From positions 1 through 38,437 of the IMG/VR virus record IMGVR_UViG_3300045988_139483: a stretch of 38,437 nt of DNA. One strand, written 5' to 3'. The position numbers and the translations under genes were made by a program. This document shows positions 1 to 9,195 of the stretch, piece by piece; positions within the stretch are counted from its first letter, which is position 1; every line of letters begins with the position of its first letter. This DNA comes from a virus. Under the pieces are notes generated by a model that was given only the letters and a program-made list of their open reading frames with translations, did not search any database and had not been told where the DNA came from.

Positions 1-2
1 GC

Positions 3-116
3 TATATTATAGAAACGACGGATTCAGAAGAAAGACAAGCAAGATACGAACATGAGCTTGAAGAAGCAGACAGAGATTACGAAGATAGAGTTTTTGATGA
101 AATGGAGGGTATGTAA
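3..116 (+). CDS. 3' end of a CDS truncated by the window edge (Glu-rich)
   Basis: Open frame from base 3 ending at TAA 114-116, overlapping the next ATG (TAATG). Confidence 0.5.
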   Translation, partial: YIIETTDSEERQARYEHELEEADRDYEDRVFDEMEGM

Positions 117-604
117 TGAGTAACATATATGAATTAACAAGGAATTACGATGAAGTATTAAATATGCTATATCAAGACGATGTAGACGAGCAAATGGTAT
201 TAGATACATTAGAGAGCATAGAAGGGGATATAGAAGATAAAGCAGACAATTATGCAAAGATTATGAAAGAGTTAGAAACAAAGGCAAAAGCTAGAAAAGA
301 AGAAGCTCAAAGATTATCTGAGAGTGCTAAGGTATTTGAAAATAGAGTAAAAGCATTAAAAAGCAATTTATTTAATGCAATGAAAGAAACTGGAAAAACA
401 AAATTTGCAACTAATTTATTTAGTTTTAGTATAGCAAGAAATGGCGGAAAGCAAGCATTAACAATAGATAGTGAAGTGCCTGCTGAATACACAAAAACAG
501 TAATTGAAAATGATACAGACAAAATAAGACAAGCATTAGAAAAAGGAAAGAAATTACCTTTTGCTCATTTGGAGCCAAGAGGAGAAAGGTTGAGTATAAA
601 GTAA
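116..604 (+). CDS. Siphovirus Gp157-family protein
   Basis: N-terminal YELTRNYDEVLNML, central coiled coil and FSFSIARNGGKQAL core resemble the Gp157 family; next to an ATPase and a DUF669-like gene. Confidence 0.8.
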   Translation: MSNIYELTRNYDEVLNMLYQDDVDEQMVLDTLESIEGDIEDKADNYAKIMKELETKAKARKEEAQRLSESAKVFENRVKALKSNLFNAMKETGKTKFATNLFSFSIARNGGKQALTIDSEVPAEYTKTVIENDTDKIRQALEKGKKLPFAHLEPRGERLSIK

Positions 605-1239
605 TGGGAATACCAGTTTTAATATTAGGAGAAAGTGGAAGTGGAAAGAGTTGTTCTTTAAGAAATTTTAACGAGAATGAAGTTGGAATATTCAATATAG
701 CTGGAAAACCACTGCCATTTAGAAAACACTTACCAGCGGTAGAAAATGCACACTATGCAGATATAATCAAAGGTTTAAAGTTAGGAAAAGTAAAGACTTA
801 TGTTATAGATGATAGTCAATATTTAATGGCTTTTGAAATGTTTGATAGAGCTAAAGAAATGGGCTACAACAAATTTACAGATATAGCTTTAAATTTTAGA
901 AACCTAATAGATTATATAATGAGAAATACACCTAAGGACTATATAGTATATTTTTTACACCACACAGAAACAACAGATACAGGCAAAATAAAAGCAAAAA
1001 CATCGGGTAAGATGTTAGATAACCAAATTACATTAGAGGGCTTATTTTCAATCGTATTGCTCTGTAAGACAGATGGGAAAGAACATTATTTTGAAACACA
1101 AAGTGATGGATTTACAACTTGTAAAAGCCCAATGGAAATGTTTGATGTAAAGATAGATAACGACTTGAAAATGGTTGATACAACTATAAGAAATTATTAT
1201 GAATTAAATAAAATTGAAGGAGGAAAAGAGAATGAATAA
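604..1239 (+). CDS. Phage AAA/RecA-like NTP-binding protein
   Basis: Walker A GESGSGKS near the N-terminus, Walker B-like VIDDSQYL. Confidence 0.8.
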   Translation: MGIPVLILGESGSGKSCSLRNFNENEVGIFNIAGKPLPFRKHLPAVENAHYADIIKGLKLGKVKTYVIDDSQYLMAFEMFDRAKEMGYNKFTDIALNFRNLIDYIMRNTPKDYIVYFLHHTETTDTGKIKAKTSGKMLDNQITLEGLFSIVLLCKTDGKEHYFETQSDGFTTCKSPMEMFDVKIDNDLKMVDTTIRNYYELNKIEGGKENE

Positions 1240-1798
1240 ACCACAAGGATATGATGAGGCACAAGCTTATACAGGGGATTTTGAACAATTAAAATTAGGA
1301 GGACACATTTGTAAAATAATAGGAGTAAAAATTGAATATACTCCAACAACAAATGCAGAAGTATTAATATTAGCACTTGATATAGCAGAAGGAGAACAAG
1401 CAGGATATTATCAAAGACAATTTGATGAGGCTAAAAAGAGAGATGCACAAGCAAAATGGAAATGCACATATAGACAATTTACACAAGGTAACAGTACACC
1501 ATATTTTAAAGGAATGATTGAGAACATAGAAAAATCAAATCAAGGATACAACTTTGCTAGTACGGGTTTTGATGAAAAAACACTTATCGGTAAATTGATT
1601 GGTGGAGTATTTGGAAGAGAACAATATGAGGCTCAAGATGGGAAATTAAAATTTGCAACAAAATGTATGCAATTAAGAACTATAGAAGCAATAAAGAATG
1701 GTGTAGAAATACCAGAAGATAAGCTAATTCAAAAACAAGATGATTATTTTAGCCCAACAAATTATGAAACAACAGCAGAAGATGATCTTCCTTTTTAG
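1232..1798 (+). CDS. DUF669-like / ssDNA-binding-type recombination protein
   Basis: ATG 1232 follows an AAGGAGG RBS (track start 1214 is a TTG); C-terminal acidic tip DDLPF typical of SSB-like proteins; gene order Gp157-ATPase-DUF669. Confidence 0.6.
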   Translation: MNKPQGYDEAQAYTGDFEQLKLGGHICKIIGVKIEYTPTTNAEVLILALDIAEGEQAGYYQRQFDEAKKRDAQAKWKCTYRQFTQGNSTPYFKGMIENIEKSNQGYNFASTGFDEKTLIGKLIGGVFGREQYEAQDGKLKFATKCMQLRTIEAIKNGVEIPEDKLIQKQDDYFSPTNYETTAEDDLPF

Positions 1799-1807
1799 GA
1801 GGTAAAT

Positions 1808-2137
1808 ATGTGGGAAGAAATTGAGAAATATAGTAACTTATTAGAAACAGCAGTAACCGAAATGAAAAAGAGAAGTAAAGATTTAGCACAAAAAGAGTAT
1901 CTATACAGAATGGCTTTAAGTAAGAGACTTACAGAATTAAGAGCAGAAGGACAAGCAGTAACACATTTAGCAGATATAGCAAGAGGAGAAACAGCAATAG
2001 CCAAACTAAGATTAGATAGAGATATAGCAAAAGGTTTATATGATAGCTCTCAAGAAGCAATAAATGTCTATAAGATAAGAATAAGAGTTCTAGAGAACCA
2101 ATATTCAAGAGAATGGGGACAAGCAAAAAATGGCTAA
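1808..2137 (+). CDS. Hypothetical coiled-coil phage protein
   Basis: ORF with RBS (aggaggtaaat), colinear in operon. Confidence 0.6.
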   Translation: MWEEIEKYSNLLETAVTEMKKRSKDLAQKEYLYRMALSKRLTELRAEGQAVTHLADIARGETAIAKLRLDRDIAKGLYDSSQEAINVYKIRIRVLENQYSREWGQAKNG

Positions 2138-2414
2138 ATCAATATTACAAGATAAAAAGGAAAGCTACTTAACAGGAGCAACATATAACCTAGAAGAACA
2201 TCACATATTCTTTGGAACTGCTAATAGAAAGATAAGTGAAAAATATGGACTTAAAGTATGGCTAACATCAGAAGAGCATAGAGGTACATACGGAGTTCAT
2301 GGAAAATACGGTAAAACATTAGATGAAAAATTAAAAAAAGAGGCACAAAAGAAATTTGAAGAAAATCATACAAGAGAAGAATTTATAAGACTAATAGGTC
2401 GAAATTATTTATAG
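2130..2414 (+). CDS. Small phage nuclease-like (HNH/Ref-like) protein
   Basis: LEEHHIFFGTANRKISEKYGL..CxEHRGTYGVHG-type His-rich layout. Confidence 0.45.
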   Translation: MAKSILQDKKESYLTGATYNLEEHHIFFGTANRKISEKYGLKVWLTSEEHRGTYGVHGKYGKTLDEKLKKEAQKKFEENHTREEFIRLIGRNYL

Positions 2415-2495
2415 AAAGGAGGGCATAGAAATACATACTTATAAAATTCTTATAAGATTTCTATGTCCTTTCATATTAACGAAAGGAGAAAACAT

Positions 2496-3300
2496 ATGGA
2501 GAAAGTTAGTTTTCTAATGTATTTAGACTATGAAGAACAATTTAATTTATTAACAGATGAAGAATTAGGGCAACTTATAAGAGCAATAATGCAATACGAG
2601 AAAACAAAACAAGAACCTAAACTAGAAGGTACATTGAAGATGGCTTTCTCGTTTATAAAAGCACAACTAGACAGAGATAGAGATAAATGGGAAGGCACAA
2701 AGAATAAAAGAAGTGAAGCAGGCAAGAAGGGAATGGCAAATAGATGGAATAACAAAAATAACGAAGTTATAGTAGAAGATAGCAAAAGTAGCAATGTTAT
2801 AACAGAAGATAACAAAAATAACAATGTTATAAATGATATAACACGGCATAACAAAAATAACTGATAATGTAAATGAAGATGTAGATGATGATGTTAAAGT
2901 AGATGTAAATGAAGATGAAAAAGTAGAAGTAAAAGATAAATATAATAATATTATAGGAATTTACAATTCCTATTGTCCAAACCTTCCGCGAGTTCAAAAG
3001 CTCACTTCAAAACGAAAAACAGCCATAAATAAGCTTTTAAAAGAATTAACAGAAAAGCAATTTATAGATGTTTGCATAATAGCAAATACTAGTGATTTTC
3101 TTATAGGAGACAACGATAGAAACTGGAAAGCAGACTTTGACTTTATTATAAGACCAGATAAGGCAGTTTCCATACTAGAGGGAAAATATAATAACAAAAA
3201 AAGAGACAAAATAGACGGTTTTGTGGATTTATGGAAGGAGGCAAAAGAAAAAGATGAGCAGGACAGAAATGGTGCAAATAATAACTCTTTTAGCTGGTAA
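2496..3300 (+). CDS. Phage replisome organizer (DUF6291-like N-term plus DnaD-like C-term), split by a +1 event at an in-frame CGG (2844-2846)
   Basis: Frame ≡0 gives MEKVSFLMYLDYEEQFNLLTDEELGQLIRAI...; the frame opening at 2842-3300 has no ATG/GTG/TTG start and encodes LPRVQKLTSKRKTAI...FLIGDNDRNWKADFDFII...SILEGKYNN, the normal C-terminus of such proteins. Confidence 0.8.
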
Positions 3301-3793
3301 CTATGAAGCTATATCAAACAAATCACAAAAACAAAAAGAGCTAATGTTAAATACTTGGTATGAATGTCTAGGGGATTTAGATTATAAGTTAGTTTTGCAA
3401 GCAGTAAAGAAAACAATAATAGAAAGTCCATATCCTCCAACGATACACGACATAAGAAAAAATGCAATAGAGATGATAAACCCAAGCAGTCAAAATACTG
3501 CAATAGAAGCTTGGAATGAAGCATATTCAATGATTTGTAGTGGTGGATATATGACAGAAGAAGAGTTTGATAAAGCAAGTCCAGAAGTAAAGAAGTTCTT
3601 TGGAAATGTAAGACAAGTAAAAGAATTAGCTAGAACGGATATAGCAACAGTAAATACTGTGACAAAAGGGCAATTCTTAAAGCAATACGAGATAATAACG
3701 GAAAGACAAAGAGAACAAAGATTATTGCCAGAAAATATGAAAGAGCAATTATTAAAATTGCAAAGTAACTTTATAAAACAGATAGGAGATTAA
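3254..3793 (+). CDS. Phage helicase loader / replicative helicase inhibitor G39P-like
   Basis: MSRTEMVQIITLLAGNY...WYECLGDLDYKLVLQAVKK..SPYPPTIHDIRK motif; ATG 3254 overlaps the upstream gene. Confidence 0.65.
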   Translation: MSRTEMVQIITLLAGNYEAISNKSQKQKELMLNTWYECLGDLDYKLVLQAVKKTIIESPYPPTIHDIRKNAIEMINPSSQNTAIEAWNEAYSMICSGGYMTEEEFDKASPEVKKFFGNVRQVKELARTDIATVNTVTKGQFLKQYEIITERQREQRLLPENMKEQLLKLQSNFIKQIGD

Positions 3794-3819
3794 AAGATTA
3801 GAAGAGGAGGAAAAATAAA

Positions 3820-4560
3820 ATGAAATTTAAGGTTGGAGATAAAGTAAGAGTAATAGCCAAAAGATATGGACATGGGTTTAATATTGGAGAAATTGTAAAA
3901 ATAGAGGAAATTAGTGATAGAGACTATAAATGTAGTTCACTTAAAGAAAACGAATTATGGTGGATGGGAGAAGATGAATTTACAAAAGTAAAATTTATAA
4001 AATCAGATTTAAAGGATGGAGATATAGTTACATACAGAAATGGAGATAAAAGAACAGTAGTTGCTGGAAATTTGATAAATAGTAATGGATACATATCAAA
4101 AAAATTAAATCAATATACAAATGAATTAAAAGATACAGTAATAGGAGAAAGTTTAGACATAATTAAGGTAGAAAGACCAGTAAAATACGAGATAGTATTT
4201 GAAAGAGAAGAAGAAATACTAGATGAGATAGAAAAGAGATATTTAACAAGAGTGATTAAACCTTTTAGACATAAAATTAAGGGTATTATGAAAAGAAGTG
4301 AATATGGTAGTCTATGTTATATAAAAATATGCCTAAAAAATGGTGATGATGCATATCTTCCTTGTTTTAAAGAAAATTCTATGTATAAGGGGATGGAGCC
4401 AAACAGGAAATACACTTTAGAAGAATTAGCAGACATGGGAATGGTTAAAGCGATAGATAAAAAGAAATGTGAGTATACAGGTAAAACGGTAGCAGTTTAC
4501 GAAAGAACATTAAAGGGTTTTGAAGCTTTGAATATGAACCATACTATACGAATTTATTAG
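3820..4560 (+). CDS. Hypothetical phage protein with KOW/SH3-like segments
   Basis: ORF with RBS gaggagg; FKVGDKVRVIAKRYG...GEIVKIEE. Confidence 0.6.
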   Translation: MKFKVGDKVRVIAKRYGHGFNIGEIVKIEEISDRDYKCSSLKENELWWMGEDEFTKVKFIKSDLKDGDIVTYRNGDKRTVVAGNLINSNGYISKKLNQYTNELKDTVIGESLDIIKVERPVKYEIVFEREEEILDEIEKRYLTRVIKPFRHKIKGIMKRSEYGSLCYIKICLKNGDDAYLPCFKENSMYKGMEPNRKYTLEELADMGMVKAIDKKKCEYTGKTVAVYERTLKGFEALNMNHTIRIY

Positions 4561-4569
4561 GAGAATGAT

Positions 4570-4751
4570 ATGAGTTATCCACAATTAGAACGGTATCTGT
4601 GCAAAAGCACTGAAATATGGACTATGTAGACGGATGTCAGCAATTAGAAAACATTTATTTTAGAGGAGTTAAACAGTGCAAGTATGTTACAGGTACCGAA
4701 GGGGAACAAATTAAATTAGAGTTAGATAAACAGGAGAGAATATGGAAATAG
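4570..4751 (+). CDS. Small Cys-rich (zinc-binding-like) phage protein read through two +1 events at CGG 4591 and CGG 4631
   Basis: Skipping C4591 and C4631 gives MSYPQLE-GICAKALKYGLCR-GCQQLENIYFRGVKQCKYVTGTEGEQIKLELDKQERIWK*, with a CxxC-type Cys pattern; read conventionally it breaks into short peptides. Confidence 0.6.
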
Positions 4752-5158
4752 AAGATATTTTAAAATACACATTAACACTCTTTCAAGATATAGATAAAAG
4801 ACTATCAGAGTTAAGAAATCAACAAAGTATTTGGGATATTAAACAAGATGAGCTACTGCATTATATAGAAAATCACAATATAGATGCAGTTAGATCATGT
4901 AAAATAGTAAAACAATTGAAATATGTAAGGGGAGAAAGAAGAAAAGTAAAAGATGAAATAGATGTAGTAGTGTCATTGAAAAATACTTTTATTGATAAAT
5001 ATAAAAACAAGTTTATAGAAAAAGATTTAATACAAGCGTTGAAAAATTTAAAAGAATTAGAACAAAGGAAAAATAATCCTAAATATACATATCAGTATTT
5101 AACTGAAGAATTGGAGATAAAAGATGAAAATATTAGCAATAGATCCACGGAAATATAG
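4742..5158 (+). CDS. Hypothetical coiled-coil phage protein
   Basis: ORF, colinear, helical. Confidence 0.6.
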   Translation: MEIEDILKYTLTLFQDIDKRLSELRNQQSIWDIKQDELLHYIENHNIDAVRSCKIVKQLKYVRGERRKVKDEIDVVVSLKNTFIDKYKNKFIEKDLIQALKNLKELEQRKNNPKYTYQYLTEELEIKDENISNRSTEI

Positions 5159-5595
5159 AGAGTGCATATTGTGTTGTAGACAGTGAAACATACAAGATAG
5201 TAAAAAAAGAGAAAATTCAAAACGAAGAGCTACTTCTTCACATGAGATATGGAGAATATGAAAAAGTGGTCATAGAAATGGTAGCATGCTATGGTATGCC
5301 AGTTGGAAAAGAAGTTTTTGATACTTGCATTTGGATAGGTAGATTTATACAAGAAGCAGATGAACTAGGAGCAGTATATGATTATATATACCGCAAAGAA
5401 GAAAAGATGGATTTATGTAATTCAATGAAAGCCAAAGATTGTAATATAAGGCAAGCACTAATAGATAGATTTGGTGTAGTAGGAACAAAGAAGAATCCAG
5501 GTTGGTTTTATGGATTTAAAGCAGACATATGGAGTGCATATGCAGTAGCAGTTACATATTTAGATAAAGAGAAAGGAAAATTTAGTGATGAGTAA
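5124..5595 (+). CDS. RuvC/RNase H-fold Holliday-junction-resolvase-like protein requiring a +1 event at CGG 5148-5150
   Basis: ATG 5124 reads MKILAIDP then CGG; skipping C5148 gives MKILAIDP-GNIESAYCVVDSETYK...VVIEMVACYGMPVGKEVFDTCIWIGRF...NIRQALIDRFGVVGTKKNPGWFYGFKADIWSAYAVA. AIDPG, IEM and D..SAYA acidic positions fit the family. Track ORF 5242-5595 is only the 3' portion. Confidence 0.85.
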
Positions 5596-5758
5596 GAAGG
5601 ATTTTATAGATACAGTAGTTATCTTACTAATACTTATTAATTTAGTAATATTAGCTGAAATTAAAGGATATAAGTTAGATAAAAAACAAGTAGAAATAAA
5701 CGAATTACAAAATAAAGTAGAACAACAGATAGAGCTTATAGATGCTCTACAGCAATAG
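5588..5758 (+). CDS. Small membrane-anchored coiled-coil protein
   Basis: ATG overlapping the upstream stop; MSKKDFIDTVVILLILINLVILAEIKGYKLDKKQVEINELQNKVEQQIELIDALQQ. Confidence 0.5.
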   Translation: MSKKDFIDTVVILLILINLVILAEIKGYKLDKKQVEINELQNKVEQQIELIDALQQ

Positions 5759-5769
5759 GGGAGGATAAT

Positions 5770-6141
5770 ATGGATAATTTACTATTTAAAAATGTTATAT
5801 GCAAAGGATATTTAAAGAGAAAAGAAACAAAATATGTATATAATTCTACAATAGATGATGAATACATAGAAGATGATGTTTCAATAACATTAAATCAAGG
5901 TGGTAGTTGTGAACAAGAAATTTATGAATTTGTAGAAAAAGAATTTGAAGGAATTTGCGTTGGAATATTTACTAAAAATACAAGAAGAGAATATGTAGAT
6001 TGTGTTAATGATATAAGTGGAGAACAGTTTATACATACAGAATTAAAGGAACCTATACAAGTAGCAAAAGTATTTTATGGAAATAACAAAAGTAAAATAG
6101 TCTCTATTGATAAAGTAGGAACATATCAATCACAATTTTAA
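5770..6141 (+). CDS. Hypothetical phage protein
   Basis: ORF with upstream gggagg. Confidence 0.6.
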   Translation: MDNLLFKNVICKGYLKRKETKYVYNSTIDDEYIEDDVSITLNQGGSCEQEIYEFVEKEFEGICVGIFTKNTRREYVDCVNDISGEQFIHTELKEPIQVAKVFYGNNKSKIVSIDKVGTYQSQF

Positions 6142-6151
6142 GGAGGAGAAG

Positions 6152-6586
6152 ATGAATAGAGAAATAAAGTTTAGAGGAAAAATGATACCAGAAAATGAAT
6201 GGATTTTTGGAACAATATTAAGAATACCAGCTCCACCTGTATGTTTTGGAAAAGGTGAAACAGATAAATACTATATACAGTTTCCAGACCCAAGATATAT
6301 GCCAGACTGGAATATGCCATATAAAATGGTACAAGGAGAAGTAAATCCAGATACAATAGGACAATACACAGGACTACACGATAAAAATGAAAAAGAAATA
6401 TATGAGGGAGATATAGTTAAAAGTTTTTTTGTTGACACAGATAAGCAAGGAAATGAAGTATATAAATATCAAATAATAAGAATTGAGTATGATGAAATAT
6501 TATGTAGTTATAGAATAGATAAATTTATGAATTTAGAAGTAATTGGCAATATATACGATAATCCAGAGTTATTAGGAGAAAAATAG
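6152..6586 (+). CDS. YopX family phage protein
   Basis: REIKFRGK..., [21 protein letters not shown] signature. Confidence 0.92.
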   Translation: MNREIKFRGKMIPENEWIFGTILRIPAPPVCFGKGETDKYYIQFPDPRYMPDWNMPYKMVQGEVNPDTIGQYTGLHDKNEKEIYEGDIVKSFFVDTDKQGNEVYKYQIIRIEYDEILCSYRIDKFMNLEVIGNIYDNPELLGEK

Positions 6587-6610
6587 TTATTTCAAAACAA
6601 TAAAACAGAA

Positions 6611-6627
6611 CACCTACAAAGTAGGTG
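6611..6627 (-). terminator. Hairpin 3' of the minus-strand tRNA
   Basis: CACCTAC-AAA-GTAGGTG perfect 7-bp stem; T-rich tract on the minus-strand 3' side. Confidence 0.6.
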
Positions 6628-6632
6628 CTCAG

Positions 6633-6715
6633 TGGAGATGACGGGATTCGAACCCGCATGGATAATATCCGCCAACTTGGTAAGCTGGTATGTCTACCAA
6701 TTTCATCACATCTCC
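6633..6715 (-). tRNA. Class II Leu-like tRNA with apparent anticodon ACC (possibly pseudo-tRNA)
   Basis: Minus strand: GGAGATG-TG-ATG-AAATTGGTAGA-CAT-A-CCAGC-TTACCAA-GTTGG-CGGATATTATCCAT-GCGGG-TTCGAAT-CCCGT-CATCTCC-A; all stems pair, 4-bp variable arm GGAT/ATCC, no encoded CCA. Confidence 0.85.
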
Positions 6716-6915
6716 AAAAATATAATAACATATATGTAATAGACAGTCAAGAAAAGAGGAGAAAGATGTATAAATTAAAAGAAGGTAAAAAATTAAGAGA
6801 GGAGTGATACATAGTGAAAACAGCTGACGAACTTTTTGAAGAGTTAGGATATGAAAAAAAGTTAGAAGACAAATACAATATTTTATAAAAGATAATAAAG
6901 TTAGGTGGTGTTAAT

Positions 6916-7335
6916 ATGGAAAATAGTATAGAAGAAGATATAAAAATAATTGAAAATTTTATAAATTGGTTGACAATAGATTTTGAATACGATTCAGGGA
7001 ATGAAATTAAAACAATAGAACATATTTTATCAGATTATAAAAGAGTATTAAAAGAGAATGAAGAATTAAAAGCAGAAATGAAAGACGGTGTAATAGCGAT
7101 AAAATTATATGCGTTACAAAAAGAAAACGAAGGATTAAAAAATCAAGAAGCAACAGCAAGGAAAATAAATGAATTATTAGTACAAAGATATTCAAATTCA
7201 ATTTCACTTCAAAAAGTAAAAGACAAGATAGAAGAAATAAACAAAATGATAGCTTATGAACACAATGATGCAGTAATAATACAGTTAGGCAAGCAAAAGA
7301 GAGTTCTGCAAAAACTATTGGAAAGTGAGGAATAA
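6916..7335 (+). CDS. Hypothetical coiled-coil phage protein
   Basis: ORF with RBS ggtggtg; heptad-rich. Confidence 0.6.
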   Translation: MENSIEEDIKIIENFINWLTIDFEYDSGNEIKTIEHILSDYKRVLKENEELKAEMKDGVIAIKLYALQKENEGLKNQEATARKINELLVQRYSNSISLQKVKDKIEEINKMIAYEHNDAVIIQLGKQKRVLQKLLESEE

Positions 7336-7338
7336 ATT

Positions 7339-7548
7339 ATGGATGGATTGGGAGGATTTATTTTGGGATTTTTTGCAGGAACACTCATTGCAATAATAAG
7401 TATTGCGTTGAATATAACTACAAGTGGGACAATCACAATAGAACCTGTTAAAGATGATTACAAAAATGAGATAATATACTATGTAGATATACATACTAAA
7501 AAAACATATAAAATGGAAAATGATATTTTACATTACTGTGAGGAGTGA
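7339..7548 (+). CDS. Small membrane protein
   Basis: N-terminal TM GGFILGFFAGTLIAIISIALNITTSG. Confidence 0.5.
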   Translation: MDGLGGFILGFFAGTLIAIISIALNITTSGTITIEPVKDDYKNEIIYYVDIHTKKTYKMENDILHYCEE

Positions 7549-7551
7549 GTT

Positions 7552-8007
7552 ATGAACGAGGAAGAAAAGAAAGCTGTTGAATTTGTAAAAAAGAGAACAA
7601 AAGAATTAAAAAAATATGCTAAAAGAGAAAATGAATTAGTTTATGACGATATTATATTAAATCTAATAGAAAAACTACAAAAAGAGAATGAAAGTTGGAA
7701 ATCATATTCTGAAGAATTAGAAGAAGAACAAATAGAAAAAAACAATAAAAACTGCGAATTAGAGTTTGAGGTAGAAAAACTACAAAAAGAAAATGAAGAA
7801 TACTCAAGACAATTAGATTTAGACTATGTAGATAAGAATTATATTTCAAAGAAAAAAATAGAAGATACAATAGAAGAATTGAAAGGTAAATTAAAAGATA
7901 TATCTAAACGAAGAGAAAAATCAAAAACTAAAGAAGAAAAAACTGTGTTATGGTGTTTAGAAATTAGAACTGACGAAAGAATAAAAACATTACAAGAATT
8001 ATTATAA
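7552..8007 (+). CDS. Hypothetical coiled-coil phage protein
   Basis: Glu/Lys heptads. Confidence 0.55.
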   Translation: MNEEEKKAVEFVKKRTKELKKYAKRENELVYDDIILNLIEKLQKENESWKSYSEELEEEQIEKNNKNCELEFEVEKLQKENEEYSRQLDLDYVDKNYISKKKIEDTIEELKGKLKDISKRREKSKTKEEKTVLWCLEIRTDERIKTLQELL

Positions 8008-8111
8008 ATTACAAAACAAACAAAAACAGTAAAGTTTATATAAAAAATTGAGTAAAGTTCTCAAAAACAAGTACAAAATGTATTGAATTTGAAAAAGAAA
8101 GAGGAAAACAT

Positions 8112-8306
8112 ATGAAGATACCAAAAATGATAATTAAGAATGGTCAAAAGTATGAATTTGTAAAAAGAAACAATGCAACAACGTTTTTATATCAAAATAA
8201 AAAGTACGGATACAAGGAAACGTTTAGTCTGTATCAATTAGGAGTATTAAAACAGCAGATTGAACCACCAAAACTAACAGTGCATCCAGAGAATGTTAAA
8301 ATATAG
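8112..8306 (+). CDS. Hypothetical small phage protein
   Basis: ORF with RBS gaggaaa. Confidence 0.5.
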   Translation: MKIPKMIIKNGQKYEFVKRNNATTFLYQNKKYGYKETFSLYQLGVLKQQIEPPKLTVHPENVKI

Positions 8307-8317
8307 GAGGGATACAA

Positions 8318-8455
8318 ATGAGTAGAAATGAACAAATACAAAATGTAACAAATACATATAACACAATGTGTTGTTTGCTAGTTTATGAAGACAGAGTAAT
8401 GTTAAATCAAACAATAGATAAGTTAAAAGATGAAATTGAGAAACTTAAATTGTAG
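8318..8455 (+). CDS. Hypothetical small protein
   Basis: ATG after RBS; MSRNEQIQNVTNTYNTMCCLLVYEDRVMLNQTIDKLKDEIEKLKL. Confidence 0.4.
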   Translation: MSRNEQIQNVTNTYNTMCCLLVYEDRVMLNQTIDKLKDEIEKLKL

Positions 8456-8468
8456 GAGGTACAAAAGA

Positions 8469-9020
8469 ATGCCATACATAAAAGAAGAGCTTGAAAGTAT
8501 GTTAATAGAACATCCAAAAAATGAGGCTAAATTAACAGAAATAGATTTGAAATTAGATGATTATAATACAAGACTAGATTATGCAGGAACTGTTTATCAA
8601 GATACTGCAGAGGAAGTAATTGAGAATATGCAATTATCTAGCAATAGCTATGATGAATTACATAGTAATACTAATAAAATATCTGATAAAACAGCAAATA
8701 CAGCTATGAATTACCACAAAGAGGAATATCATATAAACAAAGAAGATAGAGCGTTTTTGAAATTGAAAATAGATGAATTTGAAAAGATAAGAAGTGATCT
8801 AAATAAGAAAATAGTCCGTGTTGAGAATATGTTAAAGCAATTATCAGAAGATGAAGAATTTGTTGTAAGAAAGTATTATATGAAGAAATCAAAATGGAAC
8901 TATGTAGAAAAAGCATATTTTGATAATTTTGAAACTCATAAATCAATAAAACAGTTACAAGCATATAGAGACAAGGCATTAGATAGCATGCTTGATATAA
9001 TAAATACTGGAGAGGGGTAA
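8469..9020 (+). CDS. Helical phage protein in the position of an ArpU/RinA-type late regulator
   Basis: ATG 8469 after TAGGAGG (track start 8430 internal to the previous ORF); ...EEFVVRKYYMKKSKWNYVEKAYFDNFETHKSIKQLQAYRDKALDSM, located before the late operon. Confidence 0.45.
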   Translation: MPYIKEELESMLIEHPKNEAKLTEIDLKLDDYNTRLDYAGTVYQDTAEEVIENMQLSSNSYDELHSNTNKISDKTANTAMNYHKEEYHINKEDRAFLKLKIDEFEKIRSDLNKKIVRVENMLKQLSEDEEFVVRKYYMKKSKWNYVEKAYFDNFETHKSIKQLQAYRDKALDSMLDIINTGEG

Positions 9021-9126
9021 AAACTTCGCCAAAACTTCGCAAAAATTTCCTTTTAATTTCGTTTCTAAGGTGCTATAATTATAATTGCAAAAATATAAAG
9101 AAAAGGGCTAACAAAAAGTTGGCTCT

Positions 9127-9170
9127 TTCGACGTATTTCGACAGCATTTGCAATTATTTTGTGATATACT
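9127..9170 (+). promoter_or_regulatory. Promoter with tandem TTCGAC elements (10-bp spacing) and extended -10 TGATATACT
   Basis: TTCGAC at 9127 and 9137; N21 between TCGACA and TATACT 9165-9170. Confidence 0.55.
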
Positions 9171-9195
9171 TTCCTCATAGAAAGGAGGAAGTTAT

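Noticed and set aside
5242-5595. Annotating 5242-5595 as a complete standalone gene
   Set aside because: It starts mid-domain with no RBS and lacks the AIDPGN N-terminus found just upstream through CGG 5148.
6633-6715. Proposing the ACC-anticodon tRNA as the factor that decodes CGGN
   Set aside because: A CGGN reader would need a G 3' of the CC in the anticodon loop (NCCG), but the loop is TTACCAA; it could at most read GGU.
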